NCBI RefSeq assembly: GCF_006345805.1
Contig: NC_042997.1
Coordinates: 53,010,001-53,074,000 of the forward strand
From: Octopus sinensis
Taxonomy: Eukaryota
Reading direction: 5' to 3'
DNA: 64,000 nt
The stretch's first letter is position 1. Every line of letters begins with the position of its first letter. A program made the position numbers and the translations under genes. Under the pieces are notes generated by a model. The model searched no databases. It worked only from the letters and a program-made list of their open reading frames with translations, and was not told where the DNA came from. Below are positions 13,750-26,973 of this stretch, piece by piece.

Positions 13750-15107
13750 GTAAGTTAGTGTGGGACTCCGAATCACCAAAGTAGTCAGGCGGAAGAGTCT
13801 TTGCCGTTTGAGAGGGTTTTCTTCCTCTGAAAGCCAGCCATTTTTTTTTCAGGGGTCTCTAACAAGCTGCATTCTCACCCACCCCTGTACTGATCAGGCA
13901 CCCTCCCATGAAATTAAAAGCTATTGTTGTCATTTTAGTACTTTCTTCATGTTTTTATTATGCATTTTTCTTCTTCAAGGTTCATTTATTTTTCGTTATT
14001 CATTTACTGTGATCTTATTTTTCTTTCACCGTCCTTTTCTTGTTTTTATTTTCAATTTGTTCTCCTCAACTTTCCTTTTTATGATGTATTTTTTTTACAC
14101 ATTTGTTGTAGTTGTTGTTGTTGCATTCGGTTTTTTCTATATTTCCAAGTATTCACCACATAATTATGTGAGTGCACATGCATGCATGCATATGTAAACA
14201 CATGACATTAACGTATGTAGTATAAAAACAACAAGCACAGAATATTAATAAACTCCATTCATATGCACATACATACAAGTCAGAGGGAGGGAGACTCTAC
14301 ATGGTTGCTCAACATGCCAGACATGGCAGCTAAATCTTTCATACCACACTGGCTTTAAAATATAAGGCATACCGGATAATCCCTGGAAAGACGAGTTGGA
14401 CAAAGCCTTTGGTCATAAGTCTGTTTGATGGCAGCTGACCTGAGATTAAACTACGACAAGATACACACACACACACACACACACTCATCATCATCATTTA
14501 ACATCCATGTTCCATGATGTTATGCTTTGAATGGGTTTACAAGGATCCAATGACTCAAAGGATCGCATTATACTCTGATGTCTGCTTTGGCACGGTTTCT
14601 ATGGCTGGATGCCCTTCCTAACACCAACCATTTTACATTGTGTACCAGGTGCTTTTTACATACTATAGGCACTATTGAGTTCACCGTGTAGCTTGTAAGT
14701 CAAAATCCCAAGGAGAGACAATGCTGTGTCCATATGTTAGGTGAATGTTAAGGTATGAGGGAAGAGGTTAGATTAGAGCAGATTCTTGTTGTAAAGGCTA
14801 CATGACCACTCACATTTAGGGGAGAGAATGATTTAAATGTATCTCCAGGAAGATAGACAGTGATGATAAAGTGTCCAGGTGGCACCTCAGGTAGCAGTAG
14901 CAGCAGTGGGTGGGAGAAGTAGAGGTTTGCAAGAGGGTATGATACAGGCATGGTTGTGTGGTTAAAAAGTTCATTTTACAATTATATTGCCTCAGATTCA
15001 GGTAGACAGCATGATACCTTAAGTAAGTGACTTCTGCATTTCAGGTCAACCAATGCTTTACAAATAGAATAGTTGATAGAAACTCTATGGAGGTATTTTG
15101 AATGCAT

Positions 15108-15341
15108 TTTTTGGCAATGAGCTGGCAGAATCGTTAGCATGCCAGGCGAAATGCTTAGCAGTATTTCGTCTGCCACTACATTCTGAGTTCAAATTCCACC
15201 GAGGTCGACTTTGCCTTTCATCCTTCCGGGGTCAATTAAATATGTACCAGTTACGCACTGGGGTTGATATAATCAACTTAATCTGTTTGTCTGTCCTTGT
15301 TTGTCCTCGCTGTGTTTAGCCCCTTGTGGGTAGTAAAAAAT
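15108..15341 (+). mobile_element. SINE family B (Nin/Deu-like central domain) with TSD, nested in a family A SINE
   Basis: GAGCTGGCAGAA...GAGTTCAAATTCC...GTCGACTTTGCCTTTCATCCTTCCGGGGTC. 17-bp TSD AGGTATTTTGA(A/G)TGCAT at 15091-15107 and 15342-15358. Confidence 0.88.
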
Positions 15342-15959
15342 AGGTATTTTGAGTGCATATGTGTATGAGTGAGTGAGTGTGTGTGTGTAAAGTCATCACT
15401 TCTGCTCTTTGTGTGAGACCACTTGAGCTTAAAATGCCGTGGTCATGTTTACATTTTTAGTGAACATTGCACCCTGTAGCTCTGAAATTGTTATCTTTAG
15501 TGCATTATAACATTCTCTTTCTTGAAAAATAGTTGGTGACAGGAAAGGTATTCAGCTGTAAAATATCTGTCCAGTGTACGGTAGCATTGAAAAATGTCTG
15601 TAAAATGAACATGTGCATGCACACGCACACACACATTTCAATATATAGTGATTAAAAAATGATGCACCTAGTTATGTTTAGTGACATCAAAATGGATAAG
15701 TTAGCCTTTCAGTAAAGACAGATCAAAAAAAGGTCAATTAAGGTTAATACGATGGACTAAAACTCTTAAAGTCAATGCCCCAGTATGGTCACAATTCAGT
15801 GACTGAAACTATAAACGTGCAAGAGACAAACAGATATGCATGCATGCACACACACACATATGTATGTGTGAGTGTCAAAATCATTGGCGTCAACATTTCA
15901 TCAACATTTCATTATCATCTCTTTCTGTATTAGCATGGGCACTGCAGTTTAATAGGGTC

Positions 15960-16520
15960 TGGTATGTTGAAGGTTTGAAAGCAGAGTAGACCAAACCTGG
16001 TCTGTTGCCTACATTTCTGTCAGCAGTCTAGGAATATGAGTCATTTCTTGGGTGATAGTATCTTTTGATTATCAAGTAAAGTTAAGTTGTTGCTAGCATG
16101 TAGAGCAAGAATCTCTCCTTAACATTTTGTACCTAGCTTTGATCAGTAAGTGTTGCTGATGCACAGTTTGTACAAAAGTTCAACAGTCATTGCCCATTAT
16201 CCCTAAATACTTCCAATCCCAAATATCTTGGCCAGCAGCCACTGTTGCTGCCTCACTCTAACATTGAACTTAGTAAGTAGCAATAAGTGTTCTTTACTTG
16301 GTATTTCCTACATTATCATTGAGATCTGGTTGTAGAATTGTTCCTTATGTAGACTAGAGGGTGAGTACACAGATACTGACAAGGTTAACAGTCCCAGATA
16401 TATTAGATCAAAGAGAGAAAATCCACACTAAGCCTTTCTTGCTGCTCTAATGTCTTCAGTGATGAGTTCTTCATAGCAAAGCTTATACCATGCTTTGTGG
16501 TCTCATATGGACTTTCCTCC
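15960..16520 (-). mobile_element. Decayed RTE-clade LINE, apurinic endonuclease region
   Basis: Minus-strand translation with stops and frameshifts: EQFYNQI..EIPSKEHLLLLTKFNVRV...DNGQ*LLNFC..LCISNT, matching the APE motifs (LLLGDFNARVG, NGxRLLxFC, LxIxNT). Confidence 0.65.
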
Positions 16521-19104
16521 TGCCAGAGAAGGCACAGTCTCTTTAGTATGAGTTTTTCTAATTGTTGCACATGTCTTTAGAAGCCTTGCTTAATCCACTT
16601 GTAGTCTCAGTAATTTCACTGCTAATTACTGGTGTCTCGCATATTTTGTTGATTTCCCCAAAACCATCTAATATTCAACTAATCTTCGTCAAATTTCTGG
16701 ATTCTTATTTTGTTTGCTTATTGCAATGTTTAGTAACTGCAGTTCTTACAAATTGTATTCCTGAGTCCATGCACTCAGTAGAGTGGGTGAACTGTTTTAT
16801 GACAGCACTTAAATAGCTGGGAATTGCCTAGCATGGAGAGGATGGTAATTGTCCAGTGACATGCTGTGGCCTCTCCCTCCATTGAAGGTAAATTCTGATG
16901 CCTTGTTCTACACCAATCAAGCACTGGTTTACAACTGGGAGACTACTATTTTCTATATCATGCCATCATGTTGAGAAGTTGTTGGAGTGTCCTCTCTAGG
17001 GTACAGGCTTGAGCAAGCATGTATGGAGGACTACTAGCTGCCATATACATACATACGTAACACATACATATAAATGCATACAAATACTCACCAAAATAAA
17101 ACACCTAAACAACTACATGGACATCATCATTTACCAGCATCTCTTATAATCTGGATAGTAATTTGAATTATGAATAGACATTTGAATTTCCTGTGATCTG
17201 TCAAACAAGCTCAGTGGGTGGTTTCAAGCAGGATAGTGTGTTATTTGCAATCATTTAAGTAATTAGGTATCGGTGGCTGCTGCATCTCCAATGTGATTGT
17301 TGGGGAATTCCTAGCATGATTTGCTTATATTGCTCCTAGGTTGCAGCTTCTAAGTACAGGAAGTGTCAGTGGTTATATAAAGTATAGCCATGTTTGTATC
17401 AATCTAGAAATTGTTTGAAATTGCTGTTAATGACAGTGAAGACGAAGACTTAACTGAGAAACTCAGTATTGATAAGATAAATGAGTTGACAGATAAACTA
17501 ATCAAAGGACGAGAACAACATATTATATTTAGCTTTAAACATTTGCTCCTCCATATTACTCTAGCTTCAGAACAAGGACAGTGTTTTCCCCTTCATGATA
17601 TGCTCCTTGTGTCATGAAGGTTTGGCAGTGAAAAAGTTAACTAATGCAGCACTACTCTGAATTATTATTACATAACTACTATAACAAAACAGTTAATTTA
17701 ATGTCAGTCTGGAACCAAAATACTAAAAATTAATTGGTATACTCCATAACCATGTAGCAGATTTATTTACAGTGTCTGTGTCTGAGTAAATTTCATAGAA
17801 ATTGGTAAGCAATAAAGCAGTATATACCATTTCACAAGATTCTCAATTTCATTATTGATTCTATATTAACCATCAGAATAAAAGTCGACTTTTACTATTG
17901 TGTTTTGGTTTTTTATGTATTTAATTTTGAGAAAGTTTCACTTAAAGTTAAGTTACTAAATATTGACGTTTCTTTATTAAGCTCAAGGTGTCAGACTTGG
18001 TGGGATTCAGACTCAGAAATGTAAAAGAATCAAATACCATTATGTTGTATGTGCACAAACTCAAAGACTTAATGCATGTATTCAGACATGCTAATCATAT
18101 ATATATATATATACACACATCCTTATACTTACTGATGTGTACATACTTAAACAAGCATGCACTCATTGAGTTAACGAGAGAGTTGCTATGTAGTTGATTA
18201 ATCTTCTAGAAATAGTAACCAAATCTCTCTCAAGTCAGAGCCTAAAGTCTTAAATAAAAGATTATGTTAGAGGATGTAATCCCTGATATGTAAAAGTTAG
18301 GATGATCATAGCCCCTTAATCAGGACTTACAACATCAATAACTTGCATTCATTTACTAAACAGAATCCTTACCTGTTAAAAATAAATCTTTAATATTCAG
18401 ATTTAGAATCTTATTCTTCTGTCAGAATCCAACATTTGTTAAAATATGTTGATGTGTAGTAGATAATATATCTATACAATATCAATAGTTCTTTGCAAAC
18501 CTCTACATTTAAAATCTGTAAAAAAAAAGACAAAGAGAATTAAAAAAATATATTAAAAGCAAACAAGAATAGACTGTGATTGTAGTTGAATCACTAAATT
18601 ATATCTCTCTCTTCAAATTCGATTATGGCATAGGTAGATGTTAGACAAGTGCAGGGTTTTTCTCTACTGAGAAAAAGCTGCATGCATATCAGATACACTC
18701 TCTTGTTCTTACACAATGTGCCCTTGTGGCAAAATACAGTAACAACTGAGTTTGTATGTGAATGTAGGAAATTGCCGAAACTAGCTGAAGGGGCTTCCAG
18801 ATTTTGTAGTACCATCTTAGTATGTGTCCAGGCTATAAAACATCATTCCAGTTTTTTACCATGTGTTGTGACTTTTACCCAGCATGATGGTATGTTGTCA
18901 TTTGTACAAATTACCTGCATTGGCCTGTTGCCACCAACTTCAAAGCTGTGGAGATGAAAATTATTTATTTCTTCCATGCCTCATTTAAGTGAAATGTAAA
19001 CATGCTGCTAATCACCTGCTTAATGTGCATATGTACATATTATTAGATCGCTGTTTACTTGGCCGAGTTCATTCACTTTTTTTGTTCAATAAATATAATC
19101 ATAT

Positions 19105-19487
19105 AGGTGTAGATGAGGCTGTGTGGTAAGAAGCTTACTTCCCAACCACATGGTTCAGGGTTTGGTTCCAATGTATGGTACCTTGAGCAAGTGTCTTCTA
19201 TATAGCCTTGGGCTGACCAAAGCCTTGCAAGTGGATTTGGTAGTCAGAAACTGAAAGAATCCTGTCATGTATATATATATATTTATATTTATATCTTTGT
19301 GTGTGACTTTGTGTTTGTGTGTTTATGTCCCTGTATCTTAGTGGTTCAGCAAAAGAGACTGATAGAATTAGCACTAGGCTTAAAAATAAGTCCTGGGGTT
19401 GATTTGTTAAACTAAACAAACCCTTCAAGCTGGTACTCCAGTATGGCTGCAACCAAATGACTAAAACAAGTAAAAGAATCGAAGAAT
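19105..19487 (+). mobile_element. SINE family A, full length
   Basis: Colinear with 3023-3447. Confidence 0.88.
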
Positions 19488-22400
19488 ATTTCTTATATCA
19501 AGTATGAAAAGAGATAAATTCAGAAACATTTCTTGTTCAAGATCTCATTCAATATTCTTCTTACTCTACACACACCATGCACCCCACCACACACACACAC
19601 AATCACTTGGAAATTTTTGTTAAATAACGAGATATGATTTCTTAAGAATTCCCCTCTTCAATGACATGGTGGTTCATGTTTGATTCCACAATGCATCATC
19701 TTGAGCAAGTGTTTGCTACCATAGCCTTGGATTGGTCCAAATATTGAGTAAAATTATAGACCTCTGTTGAAGCAGATAAAACTGTATCAGTAATTTTCAA
19801 TGCCTAACCTTATCACACTGTGTTATACTGCCTCTGCCTATGGATTACATTGAGTACAAGTGTGTGCTTAGAATATTTTACCATTTAATCAAACAGGAAT
19901 ACTTATCCGTTGAAATGGATGAAAGATTCCATCATGTATAATTTTTATATTTATATTTTTCATGGCATGCTTCATTTATATTTTCTCTTCTGTTCCATAT
20001 TTATTTCAATCTATTTTCATATCTTCTGACCATACAAAAGAATTAGTAGTTCATAATACTTAAGGCACTCCTAAGTCTACCAGCGAGCATATATATTGCT
20101 GGAATTGTTGGAGTATCAGACAAAATGCTTTCCAGTATTTGTTGCAGCTCTCAACATTCTGAGTTCAATTGATGCTAAGGTCAATGCTGCCACGTCTTTC
20201 TGGAGTTGACAAAATAAGTACAAGTCATTGTGTTTGATATAATCAACTAATCCTTTGTGTTTAATTTAGAAATTGTTGTTACTGTTGCTATTCTTCATTA
20301 AATTTTCTTCTGTCCATTCTCTTTCATTTGACATCCTTATTGCACATTACCGACTTTTATGCTTGAATTGTTTTGAGGGAAAAAAACAAATCATTAACAC
20401 TGGGAAGAATTATTATTCAAAAGACTGGAAATGAAAGATTTTGAGTTGGCAAGAAAATGGTTTGTGCAAGACTACTTTTAGTAGTTTTCTGGAGATGGAA
20501 ATGTTCTGTCAGTTTTAATGATGCCTATTCCTATTGTTTCATGAACAGAACTACTTGAGTTATACTGTATATGGCTGAATATTACTCTGACATTTGTATC
20601 TTTAACATAACCCTCAGGCGTAATTAGTGAGTAACAAGGCTGGCCCTTTGAATTATGGCTACAGTCCATCGGATGGACTTGCACATAGGTTTCCATCTGT
20701 CTAATTTCATTCACGAATCTTGGGTCAACTTGAGACTATAGCAGATGCACTTGAACATGGTACTGTGTAATGGGATTGACCACCCTGACTGTAAAGTGAC
20801 CTTTTTTTAAATCTTTTTTAGTTAGGAAATAAGGCAGTGCTCCAGCACCCACTACAGGGCCTCTAGGACAAGTGATTGGAGAAAAGGAATTCCCAAGTTG
20901 AAAACCTGGCCCACATGTTTGCAACAAAAGTGAACCCTGCTACCCAAGGTGCTTGATAGTGATATTAAACCAACAGATAGGTTAAGTCTGCCATGCAAAG
21001 AACCAGGAGAAGCATTGTCAGGCATCCAGTCTGACATTTTTGCAGTTCTGCCATTCTGAGGCTTTAGGTTGATACTTTCTTTGTCAACCCCAGAAGGATA
21101 TAAAGCAAATTTGACCTCAGTGGGATTTGCTCTCTGCTTCATGGTATTTATTGAGTCTTTGTTATTCTGTTGAATATTCAAATATCACTATCAATTCCCT
21201 TTGTTAACCATTGGGAGATTCATACATATAAACACCATTCATTTTATCTGTTTCCCATAAATGGTTATTTCATCTTGCTGTAATGAAATATTGCATTATA
21301 AAGAGATTAAAGATTTTTTTTTTTTTTTTTCCTGTAAAGAAAACAATATTTTCATTGATCATCTACAGAAAAACTTAATTTCTACATTATTTATTCCTTG
21401 AAAATGTTTTTCAGCTTATTAGTTTTAGAAATAAAATGAGCTTTCTACAATTTCTTTTATTTATAGATATATTTTTAAATATTTACTTCAATTTATTCAA
21501 GATTATCTTTGATACATATGAAAATATATTCCTTGAATAAATGAATTTTCTGTAGCCTTCCTGTATAAAATAAATTACTTCTGTTATAGAAATATATTTA
21601 ATTTCTACTTCACTCTCTTTCCCTCTCTCACTCATGCATGCATGTACACACACACACACACTCGCACATTTATACATTCACTACATTCATTTACATGTAT
21701 ACACACAAGCACATGTGACACTCCAGAATGAAATATTGTCTTTGTTTCTTTGTTAGCAGTCCACTTACTGTGGACTCTGTCCACTGGCCCTAATCATTGA
21801 AGATTATATCTTCAGTTAGAGCTGTAAATACTGTAAATTTTGATTCTAGAAGAGAATTACAACTGTGTTATAGAGGAGACGCTGAGTGTGAATAACAGCA
21901 ACAAAAAAAAAAAAATCTAATGGAAGCAGGAAAGGGGGAAAAATAACATAGAGGAGAAAAGAAAAAGAAATGAGGGCAAAATTTGAAGTGAAAAGAGAAG
22001 AGAACATTGCAGAAGGAGATGGAGAGGAGGAAGTTGAGAGAAGAGGAGGGTAGATGATAAGAGAAAAGGAACAGATAGATAATTTAGAAAACAATACTAG
22101 AACATAATGAAGCTCTTAAAGAAAAGGGACCAAGTGGGAGGTAAAGAAGGGAAAAAAAAATTGAGTGGTGAATTAGTTGTAATGAAATGTGTGTCTGCGT
22201 GTGCGGCGGTGCGTGCGTGTGTGAAAGAGGAGGAGATCCATAGGTCATATATCATGTCAGAGGTAGCTTAGTGTCATTTTTGCCTGGCTGCCTCTTCACC
22301 TTTGGCTTAGTTTTGATTCATTTCTTTCTTTTTTTTTTATTACTTCTTCTCTCTCTTTTTTTTTATTTTTTTATTTTTTTTTACTACCAGCTGACCATGT

Positions 22401-22615
22401 TTCTTAGAGGTCATTTATAATTCAGTAAGGAAGGAAGGAGTAGCAAAAGAAGCAAGGCACTATCAGAAACATCTACAACAATAAAGATTTAAATTATGTA
22501 AATATATTCAGAAGAACAAAAAATGTGTCCTAAGACAATAACTAATAAAATCATTGAGGTGCCTAAGGCTGTTTGTTTCATTTTATTCCATTTTGATAAA
22601 TTACTTTGTCCGTCG

Positions 22616-22647
<32 letters not shown>

Positions 22648-23162
22648 GTATCTTGAAAGGGTAAAAGAAAATGTATTATTATTATTATTCCCCTCATCTA
22701 TACCCCTGTGGCAAATAAATCATCATCATCATTGTTGTTGTTGTTGTTGAGAAAGGAAGATGGCAGAATCAGAACAGCAGATAAATTACTCAAGGGATAT
22801 TTAATTATGTCTTTTTATGGTCTGAGTTCAAATCCTACTGGGGTTGGTGTTTCTTCTCTTCCTTCCAGAGTCAATAAAATAAGCAGTCAAGTACTATGTG
22901 TTGATTTGATTGGATTGGCTAACCCCCCCCCCCCCACTTGCCCTATGAAATCTATGGCCTTGAGCCATTGTAAGAAATACATTTTTTTTATTCCAATCAT
23001 TAATTCATCTTTTCCCCTCTATTGCTTTTCATTTAATTTTATATTTAATTTCTATTTTAAATTTGTTTAAAAATACACTGAGATTAACTTTTTAGATTTG
23101 GTTTTAAACAACTTCACTTTTGTCTTAAGCACATTTGCTAATGTATTTTTTGCAAAACTTAC

Positions 23163-23207
23163 CTCTTTCTTCACACTGAATTCATGGAAATGTTCACATT
23201 TTCTCGA
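23163..23207 (-). other. Candidate 45-nt symmetric exon (SRKCEHFHEFSVKKE)
   Basis: Minus strand: ttctttttctcaactgtctaatactcag|TCG...GAG|gtaagt. Only frame 0 is open. Confidence 0.3.
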
Positions 23208-24069
23208 CTGAGTATTAGACAGTTGAGAAAAAGAATTAATTTATCTGCCAGTGGCTTATGCTCTCACCAAATTGCTACAGATTTCATTCAGTATTTGTAA
23301 TGAGAAAGTTGAACAGAACTTCCCTCATATGTGTCTCTTATAAGTTAGCTTCATCTAGGTGTGGAGATCCACTATATGTTGATCCCTTAAGGCTTTTAAG
23401 AGGTTATTGATGTTTAAAATTAAACTGGCATGTTGTAGTAAAGATTATTTGCCATGGCAGTCCTGGTTTAGGATGAATGTTGCTGTAATTTAGCCCCAAG
23501 AGATATCATCTCCAGTTGGCTATACAACATGATCTGTATCCTTATATTTTTGAACAAGGGAATCTAGCACCCCAACTCAGCTCAAAACAATACCTGTGTA
23601 TCGCAATTTCCAGGTTATTTCCCTTCACCAACACAGAATAATTGTTTGGCTAGAGGTGGCACTACCAAATTCCTGTTTGAAATATATAGTTTTCAAAGTG
23701 ACAACTAGTCACTGGTCTATAAATTAGAAAATTACTATTTGTAAATCTCACAATGAGAGATATTCAGCAACAGTACTTTGTAGTAAAGATTATTTGCCAA
23801 CATAACATGGCATGTTGTTGTTGAGGAACTCCAGTTTGTTCCATCACTACAGAACTATGGCATAAAGGTAGCCAAATGAGTGCTTTGAAACAGGTATGAT
23901 TGTGTGGTCAAGAAGTTTGCTAGGCAACACATAGTTCTAAGTCCAGTGCTACTGTGAATCTCCTTACACAAGTGTCTATGTCTTGTATTATAGCTTCATG
24001 TTGACCAATGCCTTGTGATGCCAGACTTAGAAAAAAATTGTTATTGTTATTAGTCTTACAAGACTATAT

Positions 24070-24625
24070 CCCACAATGCATTTGCAGTACCAGTACTGAT
24101 TCTAATATTTGGGATACTTGGCTGGTCTATAGAAGAAATTCACTCCATAGTCATTAAAACCTGTAATATACTGAAATCAACTGGAAATCTCCACAGAAAT
24201 AGTGATATCGACAGACTCTACCTAAGAAATGATAAAGGAAGTAGAGGCTTGAGATCTGTGCTGACATTCTTTGAATGTTATATAGTCTTCCTCAGACAGC
24301 ATTTGCTAAACAACAGCAGCAAAAATGAATACATTAACTTAGTGCTGAAAAGTGAAGAGATCAGTATTCTATGTGTTGGCAGTGAGCTCCTTGGGAAGCA
24401 CTCTCTTTCTGAAGAGATCAGTATTCTATGTGTTGGCTGTGAACTCCTTGGGAAGCACTCTTTTCCTGATGACCTCCCATACAACCACAAAACAGCCAGA
24501 CTAACACACCTCAAAGAAGACCTGAATGTGAAATGCTCAGCATACCAAATAAAGACCATGCATGGGTCTTTTTGGAGGCATAAAAGATGCAGGGGCATAT
24601 AGACACACTCTAATTTCAGCAGCAC
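24070..24625 (+). mobile_element. R4/Dong-clade non-LTR retrotransposon fragment
   Basis: Translation NAFAVPVLILIFGILGWSIEEIHSIVIKTCNILKSTGNLHRNSDIDRLYLRNDKGSRGL...MHGSF matches the R4/Dong post-RT motif H..SD.DRLYL.R..GGRGL and LHG.F. Confidence 0.8.
24354..24467 (+). repeat. 57-bp in-frame tandem duplication
   Basis: GAAGAGATCAGTATTCTATGTGTTGG... repeated at 24354 and 24411 (EEISILCVGSELLGKHS twice, near-identical). Confidence 0.95.
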
Positions 24626-24844
24626 ATCTTTTATCTTTTATATTTCACTTGTTTCAGTCATGAGACTGCAGCCATGCTGGGGCACTTCCTTAAAGAATTT
24701 TAGTGGAACAAATCAACCTCGGTACTTATATTCGGAAAGAAATGTTTTTAGTGCATTAAAGCAGGGTGACTTTTCTTGTGGCTTTTTTTGGTGGGTGGGA
24801 GAAACGTGCTTCTTATATGCCATCAAATATGGTATCACTCATTA

Positions 24845-25040
24845 AGGCAGCGAGCTACCAGAATCATTAATATGCCAGGTAAAATGCTTAGCAGTATTTC
24901 ATCCATCTTTAGATTCTGAGTTCAAATTCCGCTGGGATCAACTTTGCCTTATGAGTACCAGTTGAACACTGGGTGTTGATTTAATTGACTTACTCCCCTC
25001 CCCAAATTGCTGGCCTTGTGCTAAAATTTGAACCCAAATA
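24845..25040 (+). mobile_element. SINE family B, diverged
   Basis: AAGGCAGCGAGCT...GAGTTCAAATTCCGC...GAGTACCAGTTG similar to the 15108 copy. Confidence 0.75.
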
Positions 25041-25587
25041 TAGTATCTCTCATTGACATCAGCTTGGCACATGTACAATAAGAAGATCATTTGTGCTCTA
25101 GTGATGACTCCAGTGGATTATGGGACTCACCACTAACACAACAAAAATGTGTGTTCTGGTCCTTAATAATGAAGCTTTTAATTTTCTGAATTGTTTCTTT
25201 ACTGTGTACCCTTTAAGTGTATTTTGGTTAAATTGTAGTTGTTGTTTAGCTCCAACAGATCCCTGGTTGAGTAGATATATTAATGAAAGAGACTCCTGCC
25301 ATGATCATCCCTTTTATTCAGATGTGTATTTATATTGCATTAGCCAAGGAATCCTTTCATTTTAAAGATGGAAGGGTCTGTATTTAAGGGAGGTTTGGTT
25401 GTTATTTATAGCTGATCAAACAGCTGTATAGATACTTATTGTTTGTATAGTTAAGCTATTGTTTGTAATTGCAAATAAAGAAGCTCATTTTGTCTTTGTT
25501 ATTATGTTTTTTTTCCTGACAGCTGCTGATTATAGAAAACGTGTTAATAAGTTTCTTTTTTTCTTATTCTTGCATGTGTATGTGTGC

Positions 25588-25640
<53 letters not shown>

Positions 25641-26320
25641 AGAGAGAGAGAGTAAGTGAGTGAGTAGGTATGTTATTTGATATTATTGCGGTATGTAGGT
25701 ATGTTCTTTGATATTATTGTAGGATGTGGTGCGCTGTGATCATTCCCTGAATTATTCATGATGCTAAGTGTTTTATATAAGTATTTACTGTTTTGTGATT
25801 CAGGATGGATGCAAGCTTTGTGCTTTGGATCTATTAGCATACTTTTGTATTTATACTTTTACAACATTTTTTCCGGTTTTATTTCTTATTGTGTTGGCAT
25901 TAGTATTTTGCATTTGAGGCTAGCTTTTTGATAATTTAGTTATTTCATGCGTAATTGAAGTATTGTAGTTGTGTTTCCCATGCTAGATTTTAGAAGTGCT
26001 TTGTAGATTTTTTTTTTCTTTATTTGTTATATCAAGCGAATTTAAGTTGGTCATTTATGAGCTTTTAGAACTGTTGTGTTGATAGTAGATAATAGCCAAT
26101 CAGAAATAGGTTATAGTTTCATGATGAAATATGCAAGGTGTTGATGTGGGTTATTTAACCCTTTTATTTCCATATATCTATTGAAATAACCTGCTTTGTT
26201 TCAGTTAATTTTGAAAATTATAAAGAATTTAATAAAATAGCTTTGTTATTTATTAATATAGTGTTTGGAATATAAATTAGTGTGAGATTTTGATAGAGGT
26301 TTTCAGTTTAACTTATTTTA

Positions 26321-26613
26321 TCCGAACGTGGCCGATACTAGCGCCGCCTTGACTGGCTTCCGTGCCGGTGGAACGTTAAAAGCACCAACCGATCGTGGCC
26401 GCTGCCAGACTCCCCTGGCACCTGTGCCGGTGGCATGTAAAAAGCATCCACCACACTCGCGGAGTGGTTGGCATTAGGAAGGGCATCCAGCTGTAGAAAC
26501 ACTGCCAGATCAGACTGGAGCCTGGCGCAGCCTCCTGGCTTCCCAGACCCCGGTCGAACTGTCCAACCCGTGCTAGCGTGGAAAATGGACATTAAACGAT
26601 GATGATGATGATG
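26321..26613 (+). mobile_element. RTE 3'-end derived repeat with (GAT)n tail
   Basis: Matches the 3' UTR of the RTE at 51996-53103 (GGTTGGCATTAGGAAGGGCATCCAGCTGTAGAAA ... GGACATTAAACGATGATGATG). Confidence 0.9.
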
Positions 26614-26658
26614 AAGTTTGTGTTATAGAACCAGGACAGTCTCAGATTGGTTGGCATT

Positions 26659-26973
26659 ATCATCATCATCATCGTTTAACATCTGCTTTCCATGCTAGCA
26701 TGGGTTGGATGATTTTGACTGAGGGCTGGCGAACCAGATGGCTGCACCAGGCTCCAATCTTGATCTGGCAGAGTTTCTACAGCTGGATGCCCTTCCTTAC
26801 GCCAACCACTCTGAGAGTGTCGTGGGTGCTTTTTATGTGCCACCGGCACAGGGGCCAGTCAGGCAGTACTGGCAATGACCTCACTCAAATCTTTTTACAC
26901 ATTCCACTGGCACAGGTGCCAGTGAAGCGACATTGATAACGATCACGCTTGAATGGTGCCCTTTTATGTGCCA
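26659..26973 (-). mobile_element. RTE 3'-end derived repeat, inverted
   Basis: (CAT)n followed by the reverse complement of the same family. Confidence 0.9.

Noticed and set aside
18594-18957. Cys-rich overlapping ORFs
   Set aside because: No recognisable domain; the other frames have multiple stops.
20478-21181. Cluster of three minus-strand ORFs
   Set aside because: Not a coherent gene: includes a SINE B remnant and a probable CR1 3' scrap (HFTVRVVNP).
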